Under the pieces are notes generated by a model. It was not told where the DNA came from, did no database searches, and saw only the letters and a program-made list of their open reading frames with translations. Source: Cystobasidiomycetes sp. EMM_F5 (taxonomy: Eukaryota). Taken from it: a stretch of 47,750 bases of DNA. The stretch lies in the NCBI GenBank assembly GCA_051047955.1, contig JBPGPT010000043.1, positions 62,001 to 109,750 of the forward strand, given 5' to 3'. A program made the translations under genes and the position numbers. This document shows positions 24,904-39,470 of this stretch, piece after piece (positions within the stretch are counted from its first letter, which is position 1; every line of letters begins with the position of its first letter).

Positions 24904-25352
24904 CAGAGTATACGGCCTCGAGCGTCGACAAGCAGTGCAAAATATTCTCATACAATCGCAAAAGCTCCACAAATCAAGTGCTGATCAGAGTGGAATTCAA
25001 AAGGTTACGGCATAAGTAAAACAATCAAACACCGCAAAAGTAATAGTTTTCGTATCAAAAAAAGTACGAGTTGGACCCCTTCTCCTGATTGTCAACGAGG
25101 GCCAGAGTCTCTATCAATATAAGACTGTAGGAATGGTCATTATTAAGTCGTTCTCTGGAGTCCACATCCAAAAGCAGCTATTTCAGCGTGTTGTAAAGAA
25201 GCAAATCGTTATTGTGATTTTCAACAACCACTGGAATATATACATTGTTCTCATCGAGAGTGCCCGATGATGTGGCACATACAGTCACAATGCGCTTGTT
25301 ATACAACGACACTGTTCTGAATTTCTTTCACGCAAACAACTGCTACTGACTC

Positions 25353-27553
25353 TCAATCTTCGTCTCCGAACAAGTCATCATCGTCAACTTCGTCGTCCCC
25401 GCCCACTGAGATGTCACCGGGTTGTGGCACAGCTAACGATGACACCGAGATGTCATCATACTGCGGTACGTTCTCATAGACTGGAGTATCAGCGAAATGA
25501 GTGGATTTGGCCTTTTTGTGCTGTGAGGACATAGGCTTGCTGTCTCGACCGGCCCCCAGTGCTACAGCTGGCGACGCGGGCGAGTCGACGCGCATATCAG
25601 CGTCCAGGTCGTCGTCTATCGCATCCAAGGGTGTTCCAGCTGCTGCGGCTGTTGGCTCAGGAGCGACCTTCTTGCTGCTGTGTTCCGCATCGACAGGTGG
25701 GCCGTGTTCGCCTTGACCAGTTGCAGTGGGAGCGCCAGACTGGCTAGCAGTAGGCTGGGGATTTGCAGCAGCCTCCTCTTCGGCAGCTTGTCGCTTTATC
25801 TCTTGCTGTGCATTGACGAGCTTGTTTTGCGCAGCAATATGCTGAGCGCGCTTCAGCTCAAGTTCGGAAGTAAGCTTCTTCAAGCTATCCTCGAATCGTC
25901 TGCGCATGATGGGGTTCGGCGCTCGAGCAACTTCTTGTTTTTTACGGGACACGGCATTCTCCAAGTCCTTCATCTCGTCGGCCATCAATCTCACGCGGCG
26001 TTTGGCTTCGAGCGTTTCCTCTGTATCTTGCACCCCAGCTTCACCCAGCACCTCGTTATCCGCTTCATCGTCTGACCTGCCTTTGCCGAAAAGATCGTCT
26101 GAGTCCTCGTCCGAGTCTGCCTCCTCCTCCTCCTCGGATGCGTCCTTGTCCTTACCAGCGGCTCCTGCGCCAATTGGCTTGCCCCGAGCAGCGTCGCCTG
26201 GCGCTCCGCCCGCACCGCCAGCCTTCAATGCCGATCCTCCAACTTCGCCTTCTATCATTGCAGCTAGATCCGAGTCGTAGCCTTCTTCTTGATCAGAAGA
26301 CTCGGAGGCATCATCTGTGCCGACAGCATCGCCAAAGTCTCCGTCTCCATCTCCATCACCGTCGCCATCCCCATCGCCATCGCCGTCTTCGGATCCTGTA
26401 TCTCCATCATCACGCAACGGGTCTTTCGGTCCACTGCCCAGATGGAGATTGGCATCAGCCATGCTAGTATCGCCGTTCGCGGAGTCAATAGGCATGATTG
26501 AGCTTGTGTCGGCAGATTCCGTTTTGACGGTCGCCGGTTCTGACCTCTTGACTTTCAGATTGATGCGCATTGGCTTGTCTGCCACAGGTGCCGACAGTGC
26601 TGGATCTAGCGACATGTCTACGCCGGCTAGATCTGCCTCGTACTGAGCCTGGGTTCTGCCCTCTTCACCCTCAAGGAGATCTGCTTCGTCAATCATCTCG
26701 TACTGCACATCATCTGCTTCCTCGTCTTGGGCAATCAGCCGCTCCACCTGGCGCTCGACAATCTCGATGGCCAGCTTGTTGACCCGGGGAGCGAATCGTC
26801 GTTTCCGCACATGCCGTAGTGGCGGTGTTATACCGTGAGGGTAGATGTAGTCTTCGCTGTTGAAGGGCTTGTCGGTAGACACGGCGGCTTGCTCGCTAGC
26901 GATGGGATGCTCGACGAGCAGCATCTAGTGGTACATGATCAGCTATTAGACGTGTAAACGAACGGACGTGCGCCTCCGCCCACCTGACTTATGTCGGCCG
27001 TCTTGAACATGTGTCGGTTGTCGTTTGTCTTCTGCGACTCAATGATACACGGCAAGTCTACCAGTTTCGCATTGTACATGGTCCTGCCGAGGTTGAAGAC
27101 GGCTCGCCTGGAATCGAGGAACTTGAACCATACGTCCTTTTCGCCCATTGGCTCCCGTTTCTTTACGAGCTCTGTGAATCGTTGGAGCTCGTTTCCTTGC
27201 TCGTCGTTGACGGGTATGGGCATGCGAAGGATGAATGCTTCTTCAAACACGAGAGGCTCCTCGGTGTCGCTATCGAGTTCCCTGTCGGCGTAGCCCTGCC
27301 ATTGCGGCGGGACGTTGGCTTCCTTCCCGGCGCTTGAGTGTATGAGGAAACCGCCTCTTGCGGATCTCTTTCCCGTCACCTCACCGCCAGACTTTACTCT
27401 GAACTTGAGCTTTGATGGTCCGGCTCCATTACTTCTGCTCGTGCTGCCCCGGAGCTCACTGCCGCCGCTCCGCCTAGGCTTGCGGCCTCGTTTGCCAGGC
27501 TGACCTCGTCTGCGTGGCCCGCCGTAGTCATCGCTGTCGTCGTCCGAGGACAT
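25353..27553 (-). CDS. TAF7: TFIID subunit TAF7 (TAFII55 N-terminal domain)
   Basis: EEAFILRM, AKLVDLPCIIESQKT, FKTADISQMLLV, YPHGITPPLRHVRKRRF motifs; C-terminal coiled coil NPIMRRRFED; one intron near 26927-26983. Confidence 0.93.
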
Positions 27554-27762
27554 TGTTAATGTTGGATTGACGTTGAATTGCAAGTTGGAATCAGCACATC
27601 AGCTGGTCGCCAATTGATAATTCTGCACAGAGTATATCATAAGTCACTGCCCACAGCTGCGTCGTGGTGGGTACATCATGTCGAGTAAGCCCATCCCCAA
27701 GCAGTGCCCAGCTCGAAACGTGTACATTGACGCGCTCATTAGACCCATTCTCGGATCCAAAC

Positions 27763-28906
27763 ATGTCCAAGGACGACCTCAACAACCCGTTTGCAGATGC
27801 GACGGCCCACGACAAGGTGGGCACCTGCGGAGGCAGTCTGGCTAAAGGACTTGACATTAATCTGACCGCGTCGAAACTCGAAGTACCTGGAGCCGGACGA
27901 CGACACGGTCACTCCCCACGCTTCGACAGTACAACTGCCGTACCACCAGCAAGCCCACTCTGGAAAAGCTTTCGGAACGGCCAACAATTACGCCTCGGGG
28001 AGCAACAGCCACGACAACGATGAAACGGCAAAGCGACTCGAAGAGATCCGGAGGCGCGAGCTAGAGCTCGAGCAACGTGAACGTAGTCTGGGTCAGAGGG
28101 AAGCCAATATCCGGCTGCACGGCAGGAACAATTGGCCCCCGAAACCGTTTTGGCCGTTTGCACCTCTGATCTACCACGACATTCAGGAAGAAATCCCAGC
28201 CGAAAGCCGCTCTATCGTCCTCACCCTCTACCGCTTATGGCTCCTGAATATCGTTACTATCATTCTGAACCTCGTAGCTTGTATCTTGCTCCTTGTGTCT
28301 GGAGCTGCGGATGGGGCGAAGGATCTTGGAGGCAGCCTAGTCGATTTGCTCGTCATTCCGTTGAGTTTCGTTCTGTGGTATCGGTGAGAACCTTTTGCTT
28401 TGCCTCATCGCACATCCTAGCTGATTCAGTTCCGACAGGCCGGTCTACAATGCGTACATGAAGGAACAGTCATTCTACTACTATCTGTACTTTATCTTTG
28501 GAGGCTTCCATGTTGCCTTCAGCATCTACTCGTAAGTTCGCACGTACTGTACTGTCAAGTTAAGTTCTGCGCTTACATTGCACTTGTCTGACAGCCTTAT
28601 CGGGATACCGAGTACCGGATCAGCGGGAATCATAAATACCATCAAGGCCTTTGCCGACGGTTCGATTCTCACTGGCGTATTTTGTGTGCTCGCAACCGTA
28701 GCGTGGGGTCTGGAAAGCGTAAGCCAGCGCATGTTTGATACAGCGTGGCATTGCTGAACGTGGCGGTCATTCAGGCTGGTACGCTCTTTATGGGCAGATT
28801 CGTATACAGGCACTACAAAGACAAGGGTCATACATTCGCGCAGGCGAAATCCGAATTGTCGTCTCACGGCATCCGGGCATACTTTTCAACCAAGAACCAT
28901 GTCTAG
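27763..28906 (+). CDS. SCAMP-family secretory carrier membrane protein
   Basis: N-terminal NPF motif, ELEQRER coiled coil, NNWPP...PLIYHDI, WYRPVYNAYMKEQSFYYYLYFIFGG across several introns; ends YFSTKNHV*. Confidence 0.88.
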
Positions 28907-29078
28907 ACGAAAGTAAAAGGATAGGAAGGCCTTCGAGAGCATACCTGGTGTATGTTGGACTTCGTAAGTAGTCAACCTGTTGTAAGCTCTCACGGCAGCC
29001 ATCGAAGTTTCTAAATGCAATGCCACTACTTCAACTACAACACGCTCATTCACGAAACCATGTCTGTGCGAGATGCAC

Positions 29079-30738
29079 TCAAGGTTTGGATGTCTCGGTG
29101 CTCTCTACTGCTCTTTTCCTGAGCTTTGCATGACTACGTTCCCTCGACCTCCGGAATGCCGCCTGCGCCAGGGCGTCAATCCAATCGGTCTGAGTGCAAC
29201 TTGAAGAGTCTGCCACAACTTTGCCATCCATGCGTACTCTATACTTTTTACTGTCCTCACGCCATGCCACACTGTTGCCGAGCATCGCAAAGAGCCATAT
29301 TGGAAGCGCGCATAGTTCGCGAGTCATCCACGCTTGAATAAAGGCTGGGCGGAAGAATTGGCCTTTACTTCCTGGGCCGTCGTGCCAGGGGTTATGAAGA
29401 GGCTTGACTGGGGAGGCGGCGTTTAGGCTTCGATATACAGATACATCAACACTGTACCAAAGTACGATGTGAATAATGAGGAATAGCACGACTGGAATAG
29501 GCAGGAAGTAGCGTATGCCGCTTGCGCCTATCATACCACACAGAAAAGATTCGGTACAGGGTTCCACGAGTGTAGACAGACTGCCGTACTTCACAGGTTA
29601 ACTGCCTTCCCGTAACCTCAGTGACAAAGCAATGCTCACACAACCATATATTTGCGCACTCTGATCCAGCGAACTCTGCGCCAAAAGTACTGCTCAAACG
29701 ACATGGTGCCGACTGCACTGGCAGCGACATCTGGAGCAATCGCGTGACGCATACCGCCTTCGTGCCATATAGCATGTCCAATCATGTTGTCTTCACCGAG
29801 ATATTCGTTGAAAGCTGCGATACCGAGTCTGTCTTTTTCGGGCAATGATTGGATACTGGCTGGAGAGCCACGGCGGGTCCGGCTCTGTCGGATCTCTACA
29901 GCGCGTTCAAAATCGCTCTTGCGGAAGAGGCATGATTTGCCCATGACGCATGAGTCAATAGAAGTCGCATTGATGGCAATATACATTTTAGCATGTGTAG
30001 TCGACAAGAACGCTTGCTCCATCCGGCTACCCATGGTGATGTCGGGCAAGACAGGAAACGGTACGTGATGTACCAGACCTATCGGTCGGGCGGGAGGGGG
30101 ACTTGGTGTAAAGGCTGCTATTGATCGACCTAGTGCATCAGGCGAGACCTGGACATTGGAATCGAGGATCCATAGGGTATCGTATTTTGCAGTCCGATAA
30201 GACCGGACCAGATTATTGATTTTGGGATTGATGCCTACGACCTCCTCGCCTGTGCGTCATTGTAACAAACGCATAAGCCAAGTTAATTCACGAGCTCGTA
30301 CTGCACCAAGAATCACCTATGAGTAACTTGGCATCTACGTTTGGGTAGCTTTCCATAAGACTGCGCACGATGCCAATAGCCTGATCGTCCTCCCTAGCGA
30401 CCGAGCATATCACCTCGACCTTGTTGTGCGGGTATCTCTGCACGAATGTGGATTCCAGATTTTCGAACAGATTGGCGTCGAGCCCACGCAGCGGTCGGAG
30501 TATCGACACCCCGGGAGCATCGGATGACGGGGTATTGGACGGAGCATCAGGATTGTGGGGACTGTCAGTAGTATCGGCTAGGCCGTACTTGTTCCGACTG
30601 CGCCTTAGAGCGTCAGTGAGATCCTCGTATTCTGTGATTTGGATAGTCGTACGCGATGTTCCAGCCCAGCAGGCAGACTGCCCAGATGCCAGCCCACCAC
30701 GTTATTGCGAGGAAAGCGAGCCAGGTAGCTGTAATCAT
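29079..30738 (-). CDS. Ceramide glucosyltransferase (GT21, glucosylceramide synthase)
   Basis: N-terminal TM segment, VSILRPLRGLD, GINPKINNL, DTLWILDSNV, MGKSCLFRK, LGEDNMIG and RRVRW ((Q/R)xxRW) motifs. Confidence 0.92.
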
Positions 30739-30918
30739 GGTGAATGGTAGCTGTGCATATTGTGTTTCAAAGTAAAGTCCGACTCAGCGGTTACTCCAGC
30801 TTTCAACCATCCGACTTGCTGCTCAATACTTGGATGCTTCGAGCCTGACGCGTTTACCAATCCGTATCCTCTAGCACGCCCATAACCCTTCCCCCCACTT
30901 TCTCCGCTCCAGGATGTC

Positions 30919-32817
30919 ATGGTTCACCCTGATTACAAGTCCGCAAAGCAGGCATTCGTAGCTGACAACCCCGGCGATGCAGTGACGCGCATCAATGCAG
31001 TGTGCTGGACAGCTATCGTGAGTGGATGCTGGCCATGTATCGAAACGGGCGTCGCCCCCGTCCCTGAAACGTGCGTACGTCTGGCAGGCTTCATATCAGC
31101 TATGGAAAGCTCTGCTGCCGCGCCTACCTCAATCACTTCAGCGTGGTTTCAAGCTGATGGCCGTCGAATACGCGATTCTGTTCCTTCCGCTAGTATCGGT
31201 CCTGACAGTGCTATCCGACAAACCCATCCTTCTGAACGGCCTTCTGTATGCCACCTTACTGCTCTGCGCACTGTTACCAACACGCTCCAGCGGATCAGAA
31301 GTAGTTGCGAAGGGCTCTGCTCGCTTCCAGCGAGAGCCATCTCCACTGCCTAGAAATAGCAGTGATCAGGACAGAGTCGCGTCAACTGTTACAGCTGTAT
31401 CGTCAAAGTCGGCGCCAGTTGCCTCCGCGCATCCAGGAGTCTCTTCAATATCTCTTGAACGGCCCTTCATTACCGTCTGGCGAGCCCACATGATGATCAT
31501 GACTGTTATAGCAATCCTAGCAGTCGACTTTCCCGTCTTTCCAAGATCATTCGGTAAATGCGAGACTTGGGGGACTAGCATAGTGAGATCGTTTCTGGTC
31601 ATACTGTCTCCACCGCGACCTGACTTTGTACACAATAGATGGATCTGGGCGTCGGCTCTTTCGTCTTTGCCCTTGGAGTCGTCTCTGCTGGACCACTCCT
31701 GAAGCGCGTTCATACGGCAATTCGTGCACCAAATCTCATCAGCTCCATGCGAAGAACGTTAATTGTGCTGTTCATGGGTATCGTTCGTATTCTGATGGTG
31801 AAAGGATCGGATTATCCTGTACGTGATAATAACCGTCTCTCACACAAGCAGCCGGTCTTATCTGATCTGTTTAGGAACATGTCACCGAGTACGGCGTACA
31901 CTGGAATTTCTTCTTCACGCTAGGTCTCCTTCCGATCTGCGGCAATCTAGCAGAACGTCTTTGGCCAAAAGTGTCTTTTACGATGATGGCTTTGGGCATC
32001 AGCACAGGTATGTATGCATTTGCAACCGTGTACATGAAGAAAATCGAGTTTAACAAAAAATAAATAATACGTACAGTCCATCAAACAGCCCTGCTTGCGA
32101 GTCCGCTCCAGGCCTGGACTATTGGTAGCGACAGATCTTCGCTTATAGCCGAAAACAAGGAGGGAATCGTCAGCTTTTTCGGATACGTAGCAATATACCT
32201 TATAGGCTATGATACTGGCATGTACACGCTGCCTCCAGATCCATACTATGCCTTTCGGCCGGTGGTCAAATACAAGTCTGCAAAAGCAAAGATAGGCAAG
32301 CTGGTCAATGTGTTACTAAGCTACGCTGCTACATGGTGGGCACTCTTTGGTGTCATGCATCTGTGTGTGTCATCGGATTACGCCGTTTCGCGGCGCCTGG
32401 TAAGTCTCTTAAATTCGGCCCATGGCTGCATTACCTTGACAGTCCATCAGGCGAATCTGGCATACGTTCTATGGATAGCCGCCTTCAACGTCTCTTTCTT
32501 GCTGCTATACCTGCTGGCGGATATCATATCTTCGCGACCGGAGGAAGTGCAGACAAAGGCAGTTCCAGCCATCTTCAACGCTATAAACAAAAACTCTCTG
32601 GTATTGTTCATACTGGTACGCTGTATATTCCTCGAATTGGAATCTATATTGACAGGCTGGTCCTCACTCAAAGGCCAATCTCCTTACGGGCTTCATCAAT
32701 ATTAGCATACGAACTATGTACGCGTCGGACTCGGCCGCCGTAAGCATATTAGTAGCGTACACTGTTGCATTCACGACAGCTGCTTGGGTACTTCGTAACA
32801 AGAGGGTCAAGTTGTAG
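30919..32817 (+). CDS. GWT1: GPI inositol acyltransferase Gwt1/PIG-W
   Basis: [77 protein letters not shown]; divergent from the GT21 gene. Confidence 0.95.
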
Positions 32818-32895
32818 TAAATGTCAGTGACAAGCTCCCAACTTTGTGCTCTTTCTTACTCTTGGCAACAACACCCAACTACGCACAACAACTGA

Positions 32896-35800
32896 TCAAG
32901 CACGGAGTTTTGCATAGCTGGCAGGGGCCAGTCTATGTTTAACGGAGGTTATTAGATACAATGGGAATGAGCTGACTGCGACAATAAGAGCAGTCTTCCA
33001 GATAAACCGCGTTGAGAGTACGAATGACATATTGAAGTATTCTGGCAGGAAGGCCGTACTGATGACGTAAACTGCCAGCGTGATGATCTCCGATAGAATC
33101 ATGTACACATGCCTGCGAGTGATGGCTTGGTTAGTATGATACTCTTTATCCCAATATTTGACCAACGTACCATGTACTAATCTCCAAAGCAACCATGATC
33201 AATTCGTTCAGCACTAGCGCTGTAAAGGAGATCGCCACGACATTGAGAAATTCATTCTCGAACAGGAAGAGCGACATCATCATGATCGCACCGCCTGTAA
33301 CAGGTATCCCCCTTAAATACCAAATGCAAAACAATAGTAGAGAGTACGTGCTTACCCTGGTAAACTGAGATCATAAGCCATTCAAAGAATGTCTTGTAAG
33401 ATAGGGATCGGCCCTGGCAGAGACTGTATCAGCTATCAGGTTTTGACATGCGTATGAAAGTGAGCACCTTGACCAGATCTTTGTACAGCTCTGGATACAG
33501 CAGTGCCAAATCCTCATTAACATCCCTGTCCAGGACGAGACTGAAGACGGGCAAGCACGTGTAGATGGTGGAATAGCCGACTAGAAGCCAGCCTTGGAAA
33601 ATTGCAATGGGAGCAAAGTAGAAGACGCTGCAGGATGTCGGTTCTCAGATCAAACATCGAGCTAGCGTTCGAGCGAAGCGCGTACCTCGAGAATACAGCT
33701 TGAATGATGGAAATGATGAGGCCACGGTGAATGACGAATTGCGCTAACTTTGCTGACCGCTTGTATGAATTTCTGCCATGCCAGACGAGCAGCTTAGTCA
33801 GGTAGCTGAATTGATTGATGCTGAAATCGGCTGCCAATGACGCCTGTTTGCCTTCTTTACCGACAATGCCCAAGCCGACGTCGGCAGCTTGAATCATAGA
33901 GACATCGTTGCCACCGTCCCCAATACAGCATACTCGCTTCTTGGTATGCGCTCTGATTAATCGTGCAACATCTGCCTTTTGTGTTGGCGAACAACGGCAT
34001 GCCACGACCGCCGGCAGCTTGGTAGCAACTTCGATGAACTCCGATTTGAAATGGTCGATGCACAGCTAGTGAATACATGTCAGTGACGGTAATGCGCTAT
34101 AGGCTAGTCCGTACCTGGAGAGACTCCCCGTCAATAACGAGGCAACAGTCTAATTTTGACTGTATGAATTCGAGCTCATCCTTTGCAGCGGCAGGTGATG
34201 TTACTATCATATCTAGCATGTCAGCTTCAGGCATTTGCTTCTACTGCACACTCACGCTTAGCCACTTGATGTATGTATTGTCCTCTAGCGACGAGCTTGC
34301 TTGATATGGCAATGCAAGTAGCGGTCTCAATCTTGTCACCCGTCAACATCCAAATTTTGATGCCAGCGTTGCGGATCAATTCCAATGTCATTTTGACATC
34401 GTCTTGTAGTTTGTCTTCGACTCCGGTAACACCCAGCAATTCCAAGTCGCGCTCGAGAAAATTTGCCACGACGGCTGCCATGGCCTCATTTCGGTCTTCC
34501 AGACTGATCTTGGCTGCATGATATTCATCTTCAAACTGTTTCCAAGTTTCAGGGCTTAAGCGTTTGCGAGCCATAACGAGCGTCCGAAGTCCCTCTCTCG
34601 CCATGTTTCCGCACTCTTCCTCTAGCCAGTCATTCTTTTGTACAATACGAGCCATGACCACGTCGGCTCCTTTCTCGTAGAATGTGATATCGTCTGTCTG
34701 CCTGTCTCTGATAACGATGCCCATGCGCTTCGTTTCAGACGTAAAGGGGAAAATCTCGAGGACTTCATATGATAAAACTTGCCCGTTCGGTGTTTTCAAC
34801 TCAATCTTGGTCCGCTCGCGTCCTACCAGCCGAAGGCCTACAGATTCTGTCCATTGGACAATAGCCACCTCGTCTGGCGAGGAAGCCTGATATGTCGTAG
34901 TCCCATCATCATTCAAGACTGGAGTCACATTGTGACACAAAGCCAACGCCATGACGACGTCCTTCACGCGCGAAGACAGGTCACGCCGCCCACGTGCACT
35001 GAGAAGTTTGGTCGGCTGGCCATTGGTATCTAGGTTTGTGTCATCCGCATTCTGCTGGAGAGCGCTGCTGACTTGGGCGGCAACCTCGTCCATTGTGTCT
35101 AGACTGTACGACATTGTTCCCATATGTAGTTTTTTTAACTCCATCTCATTCTGCGTCAGCGTACCAGTCTTGTCGCTCAAGAGGTATTCAATACGGCCAA
35201 GCTCCTCCGGCAGGGTACTAGTGCGTACGATTGTTCCTGGTATCTGCGGATCTGACTGTATTTGACGAGCGTAGACTGTTTTGCCGATATCGAGATTAAC
35301 GCGTAATGATATCGGAATGATGGAGGAGAAGAGGATGAGAAATCGAAACACGTATATGTACCATGTGCCTCGGAAGCCATTCAAAGCCACAAGCACAAAC
35401 GACAAGACGAATGTAACGACACACAAGATCTGCAACATGAATTATGAGTTGAAAGGCAAAGCGCGAGGTAATTTTCGTCTACCTTTGCCAAGCGATTGAT
35501 CTCCAAGTCTAAGAGACCAGTCTTGGTTTCTGGATGACTCGTGTTCATTACTGCTCTCGTTTCTCTGCCAGTATATATGATGAATGCGACAGCCTGGCCA
35601 GCTGCGAGGACTGTGTTGGCCCATAGGACATTCTCTGCGGATAATGGGGAAACCTGCGGCCCCGGATCCGTAAACGTGGCAGATTGCGCTTCAGGCGGCG
35701 TACGTAGGGTGAAAGTGCCAACGAAAGTATGTATGTCTTTCGTTGGCGGATCGGCGTATATTTCTGCGTCTAGCTCTAGCAGTACGGTTTCGCTTTCAAG

Positions 35801-36999
35801 GCCTTGGGTCCGCTCAACGGCAACTCGCAACTTCCAATCCGTTTCGCCATCAAGCTGATCAGTTCGGACGAAGCAGCTTCCGTTGGAATCGGACGTGCGT
35901 AAAAGCACACAGTCGGCTGGCACGCGTTGGTTTTTCTCGAGTAGTACCAGATCTCCAACGCGAAGCCGTGACGAAGCGACGTGTTTCGTGGGTAGATTCA
36001 GCAATGCGGCGGTAGCATCATGATGGCTGTTTCCGCCAAAATTCAGTGCCGTCCGATCGAGTACGCGATATCTTGTAGAATTCGCAGCGACGTCGCGTAG
36101 GTAGCGTTGATAGTCATCGTACGCTTCCTTTCCGATTGTAATGAGAAGCACGAAAGCAAGCGGGGCGATGTAGGTTGCCAAGAATCCTAAAGTCACGAAT
36201 CGTCAGTCGTTCGGACAAGTGCAATGTAGACAGCAAGTACCTATCCGAAGAGCTGGAACGAACTGGCTCAATGCGACTAGGAGGAAATATAGATTGAAGA
36301 AGAACTTGAATTGCTGATAGAGCACGACAGGGAAGAAGGAGGCCACGTTGTACTTTTGATTGCGCACGATGTTGGCAGGATACCGGCCTTTCAGCTTGTC
36401 TAGATGAGATGTTTGATGTGCTCAGCTTGTCACGACGACGTACCCTCGTCAGCTACAAACGTACCGGGAGCGTTGAATGGGATGGTTCGCGGTTGTCCCA
36501 AGCTGGCTGTCTTGATGCTCTTGACTGAACCGGGTCGCGAACGTCTGCCTTTCGCGTCGAGGGGGTGAGACCCATCCAGAATGCGACCCTCTTCGAGCAA
36601 CGATGCCTGCTCTTCGGAGTAATCTGGGTCTGCAGGAACTCGTGGACTCTTCCATCCAGTATCATAGCTTCCGTCCTGCTCGCTATCGTCGCCCAGTCCG
36701 TTGTAGCCGTCTCGCCGCAAGAGCAGCGTCTGGCTTTCATCGTCGTCACCTGGCTCTGCGCCTCTTGAACTCAGACCACCCAGCCGAGTTCGACCATTCT
36801 GCCTATTGGCAGCGCCAGTACGGCGGCCAGTGCTGCCTACACCGGCCAGCAGTGCGTTCCTGCTGGCCTTGCGATTCAGCATCGCGTTGGATGTCCGAGA
36901 CATGGACGCGGCCGCTGGACTGGGCGCAGTCCGTCGCTGCGACAGGCTGCGCAGAGGGATGCCGTCCTGCTCGACTGGAGCAAGTCTAGGGCTGGCCAT
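32896..36999 (-). CDS. NEO1: P4-ATPase phospholipid flippase, Neo1/ATP9 class
   Basis: [28 protein letters not shown] phosphorylation site, [25 protein letters not shown]. Confidence 0.95.
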
Positions 37000-37663
37000 G
37001 CAGCCTGGTCATCAGCTTCATGCGCAGCTGCGTTTACTGGCTCGACATTGTGTTGGACCTGGTCGACCCTTTTGAAATTTTTGATGTCGCGACATGCAAT
37101 TTGGAGTCTCTCGCTGGTTTCATTCAGATAGCACTGGCGTTTTTAGAGCACGGGTGAGCTCAATCAATGCCTCTCCCGCTTACTTCCACCCAATCTACCG
37201 CCCAAGAGGAAAAATATCCCATCTTTCAACGGCCGAAGCTCCCTACACAGTCTGCTGCAAGGCGGACGGGCTCAAGCGATGACGGTTCCAAAATATAGTC
37301 ATAGTTAATCTGATTGGCGACCTCGAGCTCCCTTCCTATGAGACAAGTCTGCGTGACTTACATTGCTGACTTCCAGAAGTTCCAGGTCTCTGACTGCTTT
37401 ACGCGCTTCCCAGCCAAGGCGCAATCCGGCAATTCAGTGCGCGCAGTCCGCCGATGTCGCTCTAATATCGGAATCCATAGCCTGGCGCTTTAAGCAGTCC
37501 CCTTTGTTGTGTCTTGATTTGTTGTCGCAGCTTCAACTGTTTGTGCAACTATGGCTTCCGACTGGACGCAGTTTGAGCGCGAACATATCGCACTAACTTG
37601 CAGCAGCAGAATCCAGCTAGACTGTCCATGACTTAGCTGCGCCCACCATCTACGCCCTTGACC

Positions 37664-39089
37664 ATGCCCAGTACTGGACACGTCTGGCAAGCAGATCATA
37701 TACAAAAATCCCGGCATCAACAGCGCTGACGATAGCAGATACGCTTGTGCAGGATTGCAGGCACTTCCACGCTCATTGCTTTCATATCATTCTCACCGCA
37801 AATTAGCGGCCTTTTCCGCGGTGCTCCATTTTGGCAGTTGCTGGGTTTCAACGCTTTGGTCTTTTTGGTCTACCTCAACTACATCCGCACCATCCGTACA
37901 GATCCTGGCAGTATTCCAGCGGAATGGCAACCGCCGGCAGATGGCGACGACGTCCGTTTTTGCAAAAAGTGCGAACTTCCAAAGCCACCGAGAGCGCATC
38001 ATTGCCGTCACTGCAAGAAATGCGTCTTGCGTTTTGATCATCACTGTCCGTGCGTCTATCCGTGTGCCATCCTTCCCCCAATTAATCGAGGCTAAATGCG
38101 ATTTCATGACTTCAGATGGGTCAACAATTGCGTAGGCTTCCACAACTACCCCCATTTTTTACGTTTCCTCTTCTTCGTTGACATCGCCTGCGGCGTTCAC
38201 CTCTACATTCTGACAACAAGCGTCATGAACGAAGAGCGATTACGTTTGCCAATAACAAACACCGATATAGCGATTCTCGTGGGAAACTACGTCACCTGCA
38301 TTCCAGTCTGCATCGTCGTAGGCTTGTTTAGCCTGTATCACTTCTGGAATCTAGCCAGTAACGTGAGTTCTGCTTCTGCCGTCCATACCCCATGCTGTGG
38401 CTGAGCCTACTGCCTTTAGACAACCACTATTGAGGGATCTGAAATCGACAGAGTCAAGAAGATGGTCAAACGAGGCAAGATAAAGGCGGTGAGCGCGTTG
38501 TGCTTTTTTCGAGACTTCTCTAATGCTTATGTGATATCAGACTCCATTCCCCTTCGACGTTGGCATTACAGCCAATGTCACTGCAGTACTGGGCTCGTCG
38601 CCATCGGAATGGCTTATCACAGGCAAATGTGATGGAGATGGTTTGAAATATCCATCAATATCTGGTTCCGGTAGGTAACAACACACAGTACGCGTATCGG
38701 ATTCTTTTGACCAACGCAGGTATGGCACAGACCCCTTGCATTGGCCGCCCCGAGATCCATACGATGCACTCAGGCAAAAGTGGTCTGAAGAGGCTGCGCA
38801 ACAACGCTCGCAATACCCACCCTATCATCCAAAATATTCTGCTCTGGAAGCAGAAGTCGACGCAGACGATGATGTTCCTCTTGCCGAACTGCCTGCTCGC
38901 TCTGTTCGTATACGAAGGGGCAGCGAAGGCTTCGAGGTGCGACCTCGCGTGTACTCGGACGATGAATCAGGAGGCGAGCAAGATGAAGATGGCAGCATTG
39001 CACAAGCGAGCACGACTTCAGATTGGAAAGATGATGAGCTTTTTGAGAAGCGGAAGCTTATGTACGATTCGGGAAGTGACGACGAATGA
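37664..39089 (+). CDS. PFA4: DHHC palmitoyltransferase, Pfa4-like
   Basis: [68 protein letters not shown]. First intron 37687-37752 has a GC donor. Confidence 0.88.
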
Positions 39090-39470
39090 CAGACTTATTG
39101 ATCGCTCGCAGAGGTCGCATACAGGCCTCGTTTCGCATAGATTGATTTTAGCTTACAGTGTGCAATCAGAAGCCGACTGGATCCCTCACATAAATGTCCA
39201 CGCAAACAACATTGCGACGGGCATTTGCTGAGCAGTGGAAACGGCAGCTCGAGGCATAGCAGCGATGCGTCGCAGGAGCCAGTCATAGGAATGTCCGAAC
39301 ACATTTTCCCAACGTTTCCTAAACACCTAAACAAAAAACAACGCTTTACGGCAATCTAACAGCAGAAACTCTATTATGGTGGAATGACTAATGGAGAGGA
39401 ACTTATGTCATTCCGGCTTCGCTATCAACGGAGTTCGGAACGCTGACGACTCACCTCAACAACACGATAT

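Noticed and set aside
37070..37100. AATTTTTG Sm-site-like motif followed by a short palindrome
   Set aside because: No U1/U2/U4/U5 hallmark sequences nearby; more simply promoter sequence of NEO1.
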